Of a stretch of 64,000 nucleotides of DNA, positions 52,851 through 64,000 are shown piece by piece (positions within the stretch are counted from its first letter, which is position 1; the number at the start of each line of letters is the position of its first letter). The translations under genes and the position numbers were made by a program. Source of the DNA: Chiloscyllium plagiosum (taxonomy: Eukaryota); NCBI RefSeq assembly GCF_004010195.1, contig NC_057718.1, positions 54,882,497 to 54,946,496 of the forward strand, read 5' to 3'. Under the pieces are notes generated by a model. It worked only from the letters and a program-made list of their open reading frames with translations. It searched no databases and was not told where the DNA came from.

Positions 52851-53189
52851 GTTGTAGGAAATTGGAAGTTGTAGGAAAAGTTGTAAGAAGCTTTAGGTAT
52901 AGTCATCCAGAAAAACTGGACCTTGCAACCCCAGGTGTTGTGCTTCAACCATAATGCCTTGCCAGCACTCCTTCCTACCCAAGTGTTGGTGATTGTTCCT
53001 TCACTGCAGTGTTTGCTACCAGTATCTCACTGCAAACCAGTGGCCACCTAGTGCTTTCTGCTGGGTTTAGACAGTGCAATAGGAGAATATCTCCTGACCT
53101 TCTGCTAAAAGGACAGGATGACTTGATGGCTGGTTTGGTTTTTGATTTGGTTCCTGGTAACATAATTCCCTCAAGGGCAATACAACTGT

Positions 53190-53645
53190 GGATAATAGAA
53201 AAATGCTAGAAACTCTTCCCAGCTATGGAGAAAGAAAAATGTAGTTACGTTTCAGGTCTGTGAACTTGCATCAAAACTAAGCTAAGATGGAAATTGAACA
53301 GGTTTTAAGCACATGAAAGGATGGAGTGTGGAAAGACCAAAAGGAAATGTCTGTGATGGCTTGGGAGGGCCAGACAGATTGAATGACAAAAGGTTTCATA
53401 GTGCAAAGCCAAAGGAAGGGGTGATAGGACAAGGAAAGAAACAAAAGTTATGTGTTGTGGTGATGTGAATGGAAGAACAACAACCATCCAAAGACACAGT
53501 AAAGAAACTTAGAAAGATACAAGAGAAGAATAATGAAACAAGATGGGAGGTAATTATGATCTAAAATTGTTAAGTGGAGAAATGTCCAGTTGGAAGATAA
53601 GCTGTTGTTCCTCAAATTTATGTTGAACTTCATTAAAACACTTCA
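53190..53645 (-). mobile_element. PLE 3' end (GIY-YIG C-terminus and terminal repeat, family C type)
   Basis: Minus-strand EVQHKFEEQQLIFQL..LNNFRS*, then a pyrimidine-rich region and tgatgcaag..ctgaaacgtaac. Confidence 0.7.
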
Positions 53646-53736
53646 GTGTTAAGAATATAACCTTCTACTTGAGAAAGGATAGAACTACAGACCTGTTAGC
53701 CTCATGATTGTAGAAGGAAAAGTACTAGAATATATT

Positions 53737-54040
53737 AGGCTCAGTGGTTAGCACTGCAACCTCACAGCACCAGGGTCCCAGTTTCGATTCCAGCCTCGGG
53801 TGACTGTCTGTGTGGAGTTTGCACATTCTCCCTGTGTCTGTGTGGGTTTCTTCCGGGTGCTCCGGTTTCCTCCCACAGTCCAAAGATGTGCAGGTCAGGT
53901 GAATTGGCCATGCTAAATTGCCCATAGTGTTAGGTGCATTATTCAGAGTTAAATGGGTTTGGATGGGTTACTCCTTGGAGGGTCGGTGTGGACTGGTTGG
54001 GCCAAAGGGCCTGTTTCCACACTGTAGGGAATCTAATCTA
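53737..54040 (+). mobile_element. HE1/V-SINE
   Basis: tRNA head, V-domain, tail aatctaatcta. Confidence 0.95.
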
Positions 54041-54099
54041 AAAAAAAAAGTTTTTAAAAGTAGCATGGATTGAGGATTACTTAACCAGCAGAAAGGAGT

Positions 54100-54790
54100 A
54101 TGAGCAAAACTAGAGACAATGGGAACTAGGGGAAAACTCTCCATTGGCTTCAGTCATACCAGGCACAAGAGAAGATGTTTGTGCTGTTGGAAGTCAGCCA
54201 TCTCAACTTTGAGAGGATATCTTACAAGGATTCCTTAGGTTAGTGTCCCAGGCCCAACCATCATCAGTTGCTTCATCAATGAAATACCTTTCATTATAAG
54301 ATCAGAAGTGGGGATGTTTGCTGATGATTATGTAATGTTCAGCACCATCTATGAAGCAGTCCATACCCAAATGCAGCAAAACATGGACAATGTCCGGGTT
54401 TGGGCTGACAATTGGCAAGTAACGTTCACACAAGTGGCAAGCAATGACCATCTCTAACAAGAGTCACTCTAACCATCATCCTTTAACATTCAATGGCATA
54501 ACTCACCTCCTGTCTCCCCAAAGACTGTCCACCATCTACAAGGCATAAGTCATTATTGTGATGGCATATTGTCCGCTTGCCTGGATGAGTGCGACTCCAA
54601 CAACATTCCAGAAGCTTGACACCATCCAGGACAACGTGGCCAGTTTGATTGGTCAAAATCCTGGAACTCCCTCCCTAAAGGGTTTTGGATCTAACCATAA
54701 CTAATAAAATCTGGCAGTTCAAGAAGGCAGCTCAAAACCACCTTCTCAAGAGCGACAATTGATGGGCAATAAGTACTGATCCAGCATGAG
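54100..54790 (+). mobile_element. CR1/L2-clade LINE RT to 3' end, internally deleted
   Basis: LGPTI.SCFINE..IRSEVGMFADDY..WADNWQVTF; tail caagaaggcagctca..gatgggcaataa. Confidence 0.8.
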
Positions 54791-55039
54791 TTATTAAAAA
54801 ATGGTCTCTTCACCATGCCGCATGGTGGTTTTATGGTGGTTTCACATTGGAGGTGTCAGAAATGGAAGTGGATGATCTATTGAATACAGGTGTTAGTGGG
54901 ATGGTAGGTCATGACAAACATCCTATTATGGTTCTGAAAGAGAGTGGAAGAGGTGAGGGAAGAAATGCATGAAGTATGATGTTCACAATTGTGGCATCCT
55001 GCTTTCTATATGGATTCTGTTCTATTCCAAACTTGCAAC

Positions 55040-55290
55040 CTATACCATCTAGGGAGACAAGGACAGCACTTGCACATTTTCCTTTAAGCCATCCAGAATT
55101 GAAAGCAATATCACTGTTCTTTCGTTGCGACTGGGTCTTGGAACTTCCTTCCTAAAAGCATTGTGGGTGTACCAACATGCCAAAAATTGCAGCCATTCAA
55201 GAGGTCAGCTCACCACCACCTCCTTGACAGGATTACAGATGGGCAATAAATACTTGCATAACCAGTGACACTCAGATCAATGAATGAATT
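55040..55290 (+). mobile_element. 3' tail of the same CR1/L2-clade LINE
   Basis: ggaacttccttcctaaaagcattgtgggtgtac..cagctcaccaccacctcc..gatgggcaataaat. Confidence 0.7.
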
Positions 55291-55644
55291 TAAAACAAAA
55301 ATAAATTAGTGTTCTGGATTATGTGTTAGACAATTCTGTGTGACAATTGAGATGTGACAATTGTATTTCATTTCGTGGGGAGGCAATATTTATTTTTAAA
55401 TGGCTGAAGCGTCTTTTTAGGACAAAAACCAAGACTCCTTGATAAGAGTAGATAACTATTCGTGCTATGCAAGTAATCAATATCCATATGCACTATGGCT
55501 TGTTCCACACGGTGACAAACTGGAAAGTAAATTTGAAAATTTGACAGAAAAGGTGTAGCCTTTTCCTGATGTATGACTCCTCGGACATTTGTAATTGTTT
55601 AAAAATACTTTACCCTAATTAGCATTCTTTGTCAACGACTGTTT

Positions 55645-55760
55645 TTTGCCCAAAACATTGATTTTCCTGCTCCTTGGATACTGGCTGACCTGCTCTGCTT
55701 TTCCAGCACCACTCTAATCTTGACTCTGATCTCCAGCATCTGCAGTACTCATGTTCACCA
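55645..55760 (+). mobile_element. PLE family A terminal fragment
   Basis: tttgcccaaaacattgattttcctgctccttgga..tctgatctccagcatctgcag. Confidence 0.75.
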
Positions 55761-55994
55761 AGTAAATGTTAACAGGCTATTATATCCAAGCCTGATTTCA
55801 TCCTCATGCAACAGCACATGTGGTTTTGTTCCCACTTTAACTATTTGCTAGGAATTAGAAGTAACAAACATACCTTATCTTTCCCTTCCTTTGATGAGGA
55901 TATTGAGTGCAGTTAGTGTTTCCATCAGCTGGCCTGATTATGATCAAGGTACTCAAATCAAAATCGATCATCTATTTCCTGGACTTCCTGACCC

Positions 55995-56222
55995 TGTAGT
56001 GATTGGAACAAGATCAGCAGGTGTACCTCATAAAATATGAGTTCCCTGATTGGGGCTGTTAACCTGACGCTATCAGAGAGTCCTGGCTAACAGATATAAA
56101 CAGGAATGTCAGAGGTTCTGCTAACTCTAGGAGCCAGCTCTGAGCTAGCAGAGTCAGTACAATGCAGGTGTAAACAGCTGGTGACTTGGTGATGGGATAC
56201 TGGTCTTCATGGAGTTATTTCA
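55995..56222 (+). mobile_element. Solo LTR of the Gypsy family at 874-2530 and 28043-30710
   Basis: TG..CA ends; 5' half matches the LTR starts at about 2470 and 30594; internal tataaa; flanks gaccc/gatct may be a decayed TSD. Confidence 0.8.
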
Positions 56223-57034
56223 GATCTATTTATTAGTTCCACTGAGCTATCACTGGAGCCCCAAATCAAAGATTTAAATATATCAACCAAATATGTGTCT
56301 CTGTGCCAGAATCTGTGGAAATTGTCTGGATGACCCCTCATTTTAGGCCTTGTTGAATATTTAAAGGCAGTATTGGACTAGACACTGCCATAAAATTCCT
56401 TTATCTAATTGATTTACCATTAACGTCATTAAGAGGAAAGGGTGAATTTCTATAGGAATTCTCCCACCTATCTGGACTAACTTTAGACAAAGAGCCTCAA
56501 AATTCTGAAAATTTTAGGTTTTCATGATTCTGCCACAACATACAATAGAAAATTGGGGAGAATAAAAACAACAACATTCACCATTTACAGCCTCCAAGTG
56601 AAAAAATAAATGTATAAATAAACAGGGAGGAAACCTTCAGAAAAATGAATGAGAACAAATTAAGGGAACTATTCCTAGTTCAAAGAAATCATTTCTACAG
56701 CAATATGTTTATTCCCAACTAAGTTGTCCGACCTGGCTTGAACACTTTTGTTTATGCAATGCATGGAAAAGTGGTATTTGCACATACATTTCATTTTTAT
56801 TTCAAAAGGAAAAGCTCTCAAGCGAAAAACTATTTGAAGCACATGAATGCAACAACATATTCCAACTTCATGGGAAACAAAAAAACCTTCAGAAAAATAG
56901 AAAGCAATTGATGGACATTTTTTCTACTATTTTCCAAGTTGAACATGCAACAATATTTACTTAGTTTGGCAGGCATTTCTGTTGTTGTGTAAACTGCTAA
57001 TGTCTCTAGATTTTACTGAAGTAATGCATCTCAT

Positions 57035-57372
57035 GCCCTACATCCCTGGAACATCTGGGCAACAAGGCTATATACATCAGGCCCCTACTTACTGACTACA
57101 CCTCCACCTTCAACACCATAATTCCAAGCAAACTTATCTCCAAACTCGAGGACCTAGGTCTCTGCTCCCCGCTTTGTAATCAGATTCTCGACTTCCTGAC
57201 CAACAGACTGCAGACAGTAAGGACAGGCATTAACATCTCCCCCACTATAATCCTCAACACTAGTGCCCTGCAAGGCTGCACACTCAGCCCCCTACTGTAC
57301 TCATCATACAAACACCACTATTTTGCTAAATTCTGCACCAACTCCAATTTTCAAGTTTGCTGACAATGCCAC
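57035..57372 (+). mobile_element. Rex1/Babar LINE reverse transcriptase fragment
   Basis: LEHL..YIRPLLTDYTSTFNTIIPSKLISKLEDLGL..ILDFLTNRLQTVR..QGCTLSPLLYS..KFADN. Confidence 0.88.
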
Positions 57373-57605
57373 CCTGTCTGTGTGGGTTTCTTCCAGGTGC
57401 TCCGGTTTTCTCCCACAATCCAAAGATCTGCAACTTAGGTGAATTAGCCGTGCTAAATTGCCCACAGTGTTCAGGGATATTAGGTGCATTAGTCAGGGGT
57501 AAATATAGGATAGAAGAATGGGTGTGGGTGGGTTACTTGTCGGAGGTCAATGTGAACTTGTTGGGCCGAAGGGCCTGTTTCCATACTGTCGGGACTCTAT
57601 GACCC
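57373..57605 (+). mobile_element. V-SINE 3' half
   Basis: Begins mid V-domain; CR1 tail. Confidence 0.9.
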
Positions 57606-58109
57606 TATTTTAACATTTTTTAAATTTCTAACATTTTGCTGCCTGTAGGAATGAGACTCCATAGTTTAAGTTGTTCTTTTTCTGAACTGCCATGAGGAAG
57701 GTATTTAAGATGTCAGGTTAACAGTCCTAAATTTGAATGACAAATTTAATGGCAATTAAATAGGTAATATGGCAAATGCTTGAAACTGGTGGAAAACTAT
57801 TGCGTGAGGCTCCTATTAAGTCAGATTTATGGTGCAAATTACACAGTAAATTGTGGCTTTGCAAACTTCAGAGTATTTCGTCCTCAGCACAAGTTATAGG
57901 GTAGTTTAGACACTAATATTGAGCACTAATGAGCTCACCATTATATTGGCCTTAAAATAAAACCTGGTTGAGTTTCTTCATTAATAGTTTGTTTATAGGA
58001 GTGCCCAGACTGAATTCTTCTCCAACTGCCAGATTAGCTAAACTGGAAGGTCATCATCCCAGTCCCACTTCCGTGCTTGAATGCAGAAAAATCAGGCTGT
58101 AAAGGTAGA

Positions 58110-58403
58110 CAATACTTAATCCAAAACCCTCCGAAATCCATTCTTTTCATGAAGATTTTTTCTCATTAGCAAGGTTGTTTGGCGTGCAAACAGTTAACAC
58201 AACTCCACACCCACTTGACCCACTTTACGTCAGCACTGGCAGGCATCAATTCTGTCTCAGGGCCCGTAATACTCACAGGTGTGTCTGCTGTTCAGTAAGA
58301 TTTTTAAACATTTCACCATTAAATCGTCACTTATTCTAAAATCTGAAAAATTCTGAAAACCAGCTGGTTCCGAGGGTTTCGGATAAAGGATTGTGTGCCT
58401 GTA
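58110..58403. mobile_element. Tigger-like MITE fragment
   Basis: End gggtttcggataaaggattgtgtgcctg-ta, with an inverted match to atccaaaaccctc near the start. Confidence 0.55.
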
Positions 58404-58404
58404 C

Positions 58405-58600
58405 TAAGGGAGCACTGTAATTCTGGGGGTGTCAACTTTCAGATAAACTGTAAATGGAGGCTCCATTTGCCTGCTCAATGGATGTAAAAGATCTTATATC
58501 ACTACTTTAAAGAAGAGCTGGGGATTATCCCCAGTGTCCTGACCAATATCGATCTCTCAAAAAATATGCTGGGAACAGGTTATGTGGCTATTGTTAACCC
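58405..58600 (+). mobile_element. DeuSINE-like central domain fragment
   Basis: ggatgtaaaagatc..cactactttaaagaagagctggggattatccccagtgtcctgaccaatat. Confidence 0.7.
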
Positions 58601-59169
58601 CATTCAGAATGAGAATATTAATCTGTCATTACATACAACCCAAGAAGGTCAATTGGGAAATTTTGGACAAGACCTTTCTAGCCCCCTTTGTCAATCAAAA
58701 CCAATAATTAGAAAATGGCAGGTTACTAGAAACAACTCCTTAATGCTTGCAGGAAATACTATGAGCAAGATATGTAGTCATTAAAAACTTTTTATTGATA
58801 CCCTCATAGACAAGTTAGGTAAGGCTAGTAAACAGGCAACAGGAGCCTGATTAATGACGAACCTACACCCATTCGTTGTGATACAGACAGGTCACAATTG
58901 TAGCAGTGAAACTATAGGAGTCAAGTATTCATTCTCAGATTAGTAGAATGTGACAAGTGATGTTCCAGGGATCTGTACTTGGGCCCCAGTATTTGATCAC
59001 ATTGATGATTAAGTGAAGAATAGAGAATTGTACATTGAAGTTTGCGATAGCACCCAATTTGAAAAACTGAAAGTTGTTCAGATAGGATCAGGATTTTACA
59101 TTCAAAGCAATTTCCAACTTAAATCACAGATTAAATTAGTGAGGAAAATGTTAACAATTTTGGTTTGTT

Positions 59170-59495
59170 TGATCATGTGTGTGGGTGTCTCTGGCTAGGC
59201 CAATATTTATTGCCCAACTTTAATTGCCTGGTGAGTAGTTAAGTGTCAACCACATTTAGAGTCATAGAGTCTAAAGGAGGTACATGTAAGTAAAGATGGC
59301 AGATTTCCTTCCCTGATCATTATTTTTAACAACAATTCACAGTGGTTACATGGTTGCCAATAGGCTAGCGTTTTACTTTAGATTTTTAATGACTTCAAAT
59401 TTTACCATCTGCCATGGTGGGATTCAAAGCCATTTTCTCAGAACATTAACCTGGAGCTCTGGATAGTGATATTAACACTATGACATTGCGTATGC
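59170..59495 (-). mobile_element. tRNA-derived SINE (same family as 47870-48230)
   Basis: Reverse strand tttgaatcccaccatggcagatggt..agggaaggaaatctgcc..gggcaataaatattggcc. Confidence 0.75.
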
Positions 59496-59524
59496 CCCCA
59501 AGGTCAAATAGATGGATTCAATGT

Positions 59525-59670
59525 CTTAAAGATGTACAGCGCGGAAACAGACCCTTCAGTCCAACTCGTCCATGCTGACCAGATATCTTCAATAAATTTA
59601 GCCCATATGCCTCTAAACTCTTCCAATTCATACACCCATCCAAAAGCCTTTTAAATGTTGCAATTGTACC
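59525..59670 (-). mobile_element. HER1/CR1 3' fragment
   Basis: Reverse complement resembles 1-120 and 18150-18325. Confidence 0.8.
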
Positions 59671-60093
59671 ATGAAGTCATCCACTTTCGATCAAAGACCA
59701 ATTAGAACATTCTCTTAAGTAAAACCTGTGGAAGTGCAGAGATTTGGATGATTGAGTTCATACATTTCAGGTATAGAAGCCAAATCGGTAGTCCCTGTCA
59801 CATCATTGACATGTATTGTGTGATGTATTAATTGTTTAGTTTCACTTGTAAAATTGAACAGATTAAAGCATGATGAAACTCTTACATAGTCAAGAGAGAT
59901 GGAAGATATGATCAAGTTAATCCAACTGGTGTTATGAATTTCCAGCATTTGGTTACATCAACATTTGCACAGCCCGAGGGACTGAAACCTACTCACATCA
60001 ATATCTACAGAATGGAGCAGAGGTGTATAAATAAAGGGGTGGGTGGGAATTCACTTAAATAATGGTATACTTTTTCTTTCCTTCTCTCCGCAG

Positions 60094-60208
60094 GAAGAAT
60101 TGGTTAAGCAAAGTGGGAAGTCCAAGCTCTCGCATTGACAGAGCACACTTTTCAAATGAGAAGGAGATCTCCAAAATGGAATTCAGTAATTTCACCACCA
60201 GATACTAA
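60094..60208 (+). CDS. Probable terminal coding exon of an unidentified host gene (..[37 protein letters not shown])
   Basis: Strong acceptor tttttctttccttctctccgcag|G; 37 codons from 60095 to TAA (followed by TAG); non-repetitive; followed by an AT-rich transposon-poor region with several AATAAA. Confidence 0.65.
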
Positions 60209-61464
60209 TAGCATGATCTTACATTGCTCCCCAGCTAACAGCTGAAACAACCAGTTGAAATTATGTTAGCAATGTTCATTTTCACCCCAATGCCTTTACT
60301 TGCGTGATTGCTGCTTACGGAAAAGGTTTTCTCTTTACTATCAAAACAAACAATACTTTTTGCTGAAAAGAAGTGACATAAGAAAGATTGCACTAATATA
60401 CAAAATGATATTTCCCTGTAGAGATGTAAACTTAGGACGAATTTTCTTTCAGTTTTCTCTGTTAAATAGTTCTTACTTAAATTAAAAATAAAACTTGCAT
60501 GGAGGTATGGTGCTATGCTGTCTTTCGAAAACATTTGAGAATGTTTATTTTAAAAATATGAGCCAATTGGTTGTGCATTTGAAGTATATAAATAAGAAAA
60601 TAGAAATAAAAATAAATAAATTTCAACTGTGGTATTCAAGTCATTTTTAAATTATTGTGCATTGAACTGAGTTTTAAGCAATAAAAATTCCTCTAACTCA
60701 CTAAAACCAATATGTGTTTAGTATTCTTTCTAATGGTCAAGTAGCAAAAACATTTTAAACTTGCAGGACTTTTCATATGTTTATACATTATCAAAAGGCA
60801 TTACATTTGCTATTTTAATTGAACATACCACCGTATGTGCCATCCCCTCAGCAGTGGAGTAATTGACTGAGTGCAGATCAAGAACAGATGTGTGTGTGCA
60901 TTCTTAGCTTGTGTGACAGCAGTCTGTCAACTTTCCTTTTCCAGAATTTCATTCAAGGCTAGTTTTGTCATCATACTTCACTTTCATGAATGGTTGTTCT
61001 TACCATCTCAGCAAAGCATATTTTTTAGAAACCAATAAATGACTGAACCATGGAAGATGCATTGGAATGTAAATAGTATAATATGTTTAAGTTTAAAATT
61101 AAACTGTGGTCTTTAATTAACTGCATCAAAGCCTATGATAACTGATTTTATAAAATTATGGTCTTAGGAGAGAATCTCATCCACCAGCATGTAATTGTCA
61201 TTGCAATGTTATCACCAAATGAAACCACACCTATGTCTGGTGGATAAGGCTTCTATCAGCAGTGCAATTTTTAAACATTACTCTAATAAGTTTCAACAAC
61301 ACAACCTTTAACATTCGTATTACACATTTAAGATCACTGAAACAATGAAGCACCTTATATGACCTGTGTTCCAGTAGCAGCTTATATGTACACAGGCTGT
61401 GCACCAGTTGTGTACTAAGTTCCTGAAAGCCCAGTTTTCATGTAAATGAAGGCAAGCACATATA

Positions 61465-61674
61465 CAGGCGATTCGCAGTTTACAAATGACTGACTTATGA
61501 ATGCTTGTAGTTAGAAATGCGATCCAGAGGTATATTAATATTAATTTTAAAGATCTGATGTGAACATTTCCTCATACTCATGAATGGCTATTTTATTTTG
61601 TGCTGTATTGTGTTCCAACTTGCATACAAATCAACTTGCAAATAGACTCAAACATAGAACATGCAGAATGCCTG
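61465..61674. mobile_element. Tigger-like MITE
   Basis: ta-caggcgattc ... gaatgcctg inverted termini. Confidence 0.55.
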
Positions 61675-63204
61675 TTTTGTGATTAGAGTACCTGAATAGC
61701 ATTCCATGTGCAAAGTGTCTATTTACATAATTACAGCTGGAATGGTCTTTTGAACTGGTTTCTATCACCTAAGGAATTCAGAAAGTGGTTTTCCAGATCT
61801 TTTCTTCCCTAATTGGACTGGGTGCTTATCTTTCTTTTGACGCTCACATGGCTTTTGGATGAAATGAGATGGTGTAGATGTATATATTATGAAGTAGACA
61901 GTACAGTTTAAGGGGACAAGCTGGAAGAGCCAGTTGTTAGTATAGCAAACTGACAATGCAAGAAGGGCTTCTTGCTTTCAATTGTATTTTTTTCTGTAAG
62001 GTGCAATATTGTTTCTGGTGAAGTTGTCTGTATAATTATTTCATTGCTACATTACTGTTGATAAATAAACTTCTTGAAGTTGAACATTTTTTGAAATTGT
62101 AAAGTATCTCTCATTTGAGTTGGTCTCTACAGCAAAATGAGTGCGCTGAATTTATGAAAGTCTGTAGTTATCCACATAAGCATAATATTTAATTTGCACA
62201 TTCTGATCACAGAAGACATTGCACATAGTTAGCAATATATTTCAAGAGCTTCTTTAGATTTTACTTTTCAATGCCACATATATGATCCATGCCAGGATCT
62301 TGTATGTGGATAAGTCTGAAGACCAGTTGCCAGGGAAGACTAAAAGGGTAACTCACTTTGGCCAGGGTAGGAAAGTTGGTGATTGTAGATTAGCTATGTG
62401 TCTGTCATACATACCACTCGATTTTCCTTTCCATTATATTCATTGATCTGCAGCTGTGAGTTTTCTGCCCATATCCAAAATGGAAATTAACCCATTACAT
62501 TCTTGAGAGAAACCATAACAGAGCTATGCATACTTTTGCAGCCAGACTTGAGATTTGCCTCGAGAGATTGCTCTCTCTGTCTTTGAAGGTTACAGCTGCA
62601 TTGAATATTTTTACAGAAGGGTCTTTATAGGCAACCTTTGGAGACCTCTGTCACATTTTTAAAATTCCGTCCACAATTGTATCACACAAATCAGGGATGT
62701 ATTTTAGCCAGGGCCAATAAAATTAACTGTTTCCCTTTGGAAAACAACTGACATAGGATTAAATTTTCCACTCCTGTCATGTTCCACGGAGTACGAGACA
62801 TATTTGACTATATGCACGTTACACAATGATGGTGCATTCATGAACACAAAGAGCTAAATTCATGTGAATGTGGAGCTGTTCTGTGACCACTTTGCATGTA
62901 TAGCCAATCCAAGAACATGTTGAACAAAATAAGACAAATGAAAGAAATACCAGATATACAGTTGGAGTTTGTCAGCAACAGCAGCTGAAGAGGAAGACAA
63001 ATTACTGTTCGAAAGGTTAAAGTGCAGGTAGAGTACAGTGTATTTTTGGCTATCCATTTGAAACTTCTAATGGTCGTACAGGGGCCATAGACCCCTATTT
63101 AAAAATGCCTGTGCTAAGTCACAGCAGGAGATTCTATCATTTAGTTTCAGCCATTTACCTCAGCTACCAGGAAATTGGCTTTGAAATCAACCAGTAACTA
63201 TCCC

Positions 63205-63413
63205 TGATATGGCGATGTCTGTGTTGGACTAGAGTGTACAAAGTTAAAAATCACACAACACTAGGTTATAGTCCAACAGGTTTAATTGGAAGCACTAGCT
63301 TTCGGAGTGCCGCTCTTTCATCAGGTGGTTGTGGACACAGCCAACTGATGAAGGAGCAGCGCTCCGAAAGCCAGTGCTTCCAATTAAACCTGTTAGACTA
63401 TAATCTGGTGTTG
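63205..63413. mobile_element. Self-inverted mini-PLE (family B) with two divergent hammerhead motifs
   Basis: Inverted arms; TSD agtaactat(c/a)cc (63193-63204/63414-63425); + arm ctgatga-a-ggagc-agc-gctcc-gaaa-gc-ca; - arm cac-ctgatga-a-agagc-ggc-actcc-gaaa-gc-ta-gtg. Confidence 0.85.
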
Positions 63414-63479
63414 AGTAACTATACCATCAGTATGCTTCTCAGTCTTATGTAGAGTGATGGAACATGTCATTAACAGCAT

Positions 63480-64000
63480 TATAAAGGCAGTAGTTACTCA
63501 GCAATTGCTCACTGATGCTTAACCTGGGCTCCATCAGTGCCATTTGGCTTTGACCTCATCACAGCCTTGGTCCAAACTCAGACAAAAGAAAATTCCAGAG
63601 GAGATGGGAGAATGACTGAAATGACCAAGAGTGGGGTCAAGGAGCTCTGGAAAGTTGAAATCAGTAGGAATAAGGGAAAATTTTCCACTGGCTGGATTCA
63701 GATCTTGCACAAAATAAATGCTTGTTGCTATTAGAGGTCCATCACGTCAGCCCCAGGCACTAATGCAGGAGTTGCTCAGGGTTGTTTTCTAACCTTATCA
63801 TGACCCTGCATCCCTTCATCCTAGGGAATGTTTGCTCATGATTGAACAAGGTTCAATGTCATTTGCATTTCCTTCAGATACTGAAGCAATCTGTATCCAA
63901 ATGTGGGAAGACCTGGAAAATATTCAGGCTTGGGCTGGTAAGTGGCAAGTAATATGCACATCACAAAGTGAAAATTAAACTATCTCCCCCTTTACATTCC
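63480..64000 (+). mobile_element. CR1/L2-clade LINE RT fragment
   Basis: Degraded; DLITALVQT.. and DLENIQAWAGKWQV; same family as 54100-54790. Confidence 0.7.

Noticed and set aside
1033..53925. Recurrent short ORFs (GNLAWPIHLTC.., DCGRKPEHPEETH..) suggesting a small-protein family
   Set aside because: These are translations of V-SINE copies on either strand.

Overview
Eukaryotic, repeat-rich vertebrate DNA. The repeat content (HE1/V-SINEs with HER1/CR1 LINE tails, Deu-domain SINEs) points to a cartilaginous fish, probably a shark (inference). Most of the window reads as a large intron filled with decayed transposons: CR1/HER1 and L2-like LINE fragments, V-SINEs, DeuSINE-like SINEs, three Gypsy internal fragments plus a solo LTR, Tx1- and Rex1-like fragments, Tigger-like MITEs and many Penelope-like element (PLE) remnants. 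A 500-N assembly gap lies at 30864-31363. Host-gene signals are limited to a probable + strand terminal coding exon at 60094-60208 followed by a transposon-poor 3'UTR-like region, and a possible 24-nt microexon at 31404-31427; I could not name the gene. The most interesting signal is a dense set of minimal type-I hammerhead ribozyme motifs (CUGANGA-stem II-GAAA-palindromic tetramer-UH) carried by at least four PLE terminal-repeat families. Several occur as ~200-bp self-complementary insertions with 11-16 bp target-site duplications (TSDs). Nearly all ORFs in the supplied track are transposon-derived or chance. All family assignments come from recall of motifs, not database searches, and boundaries of degraded elements are approximate.
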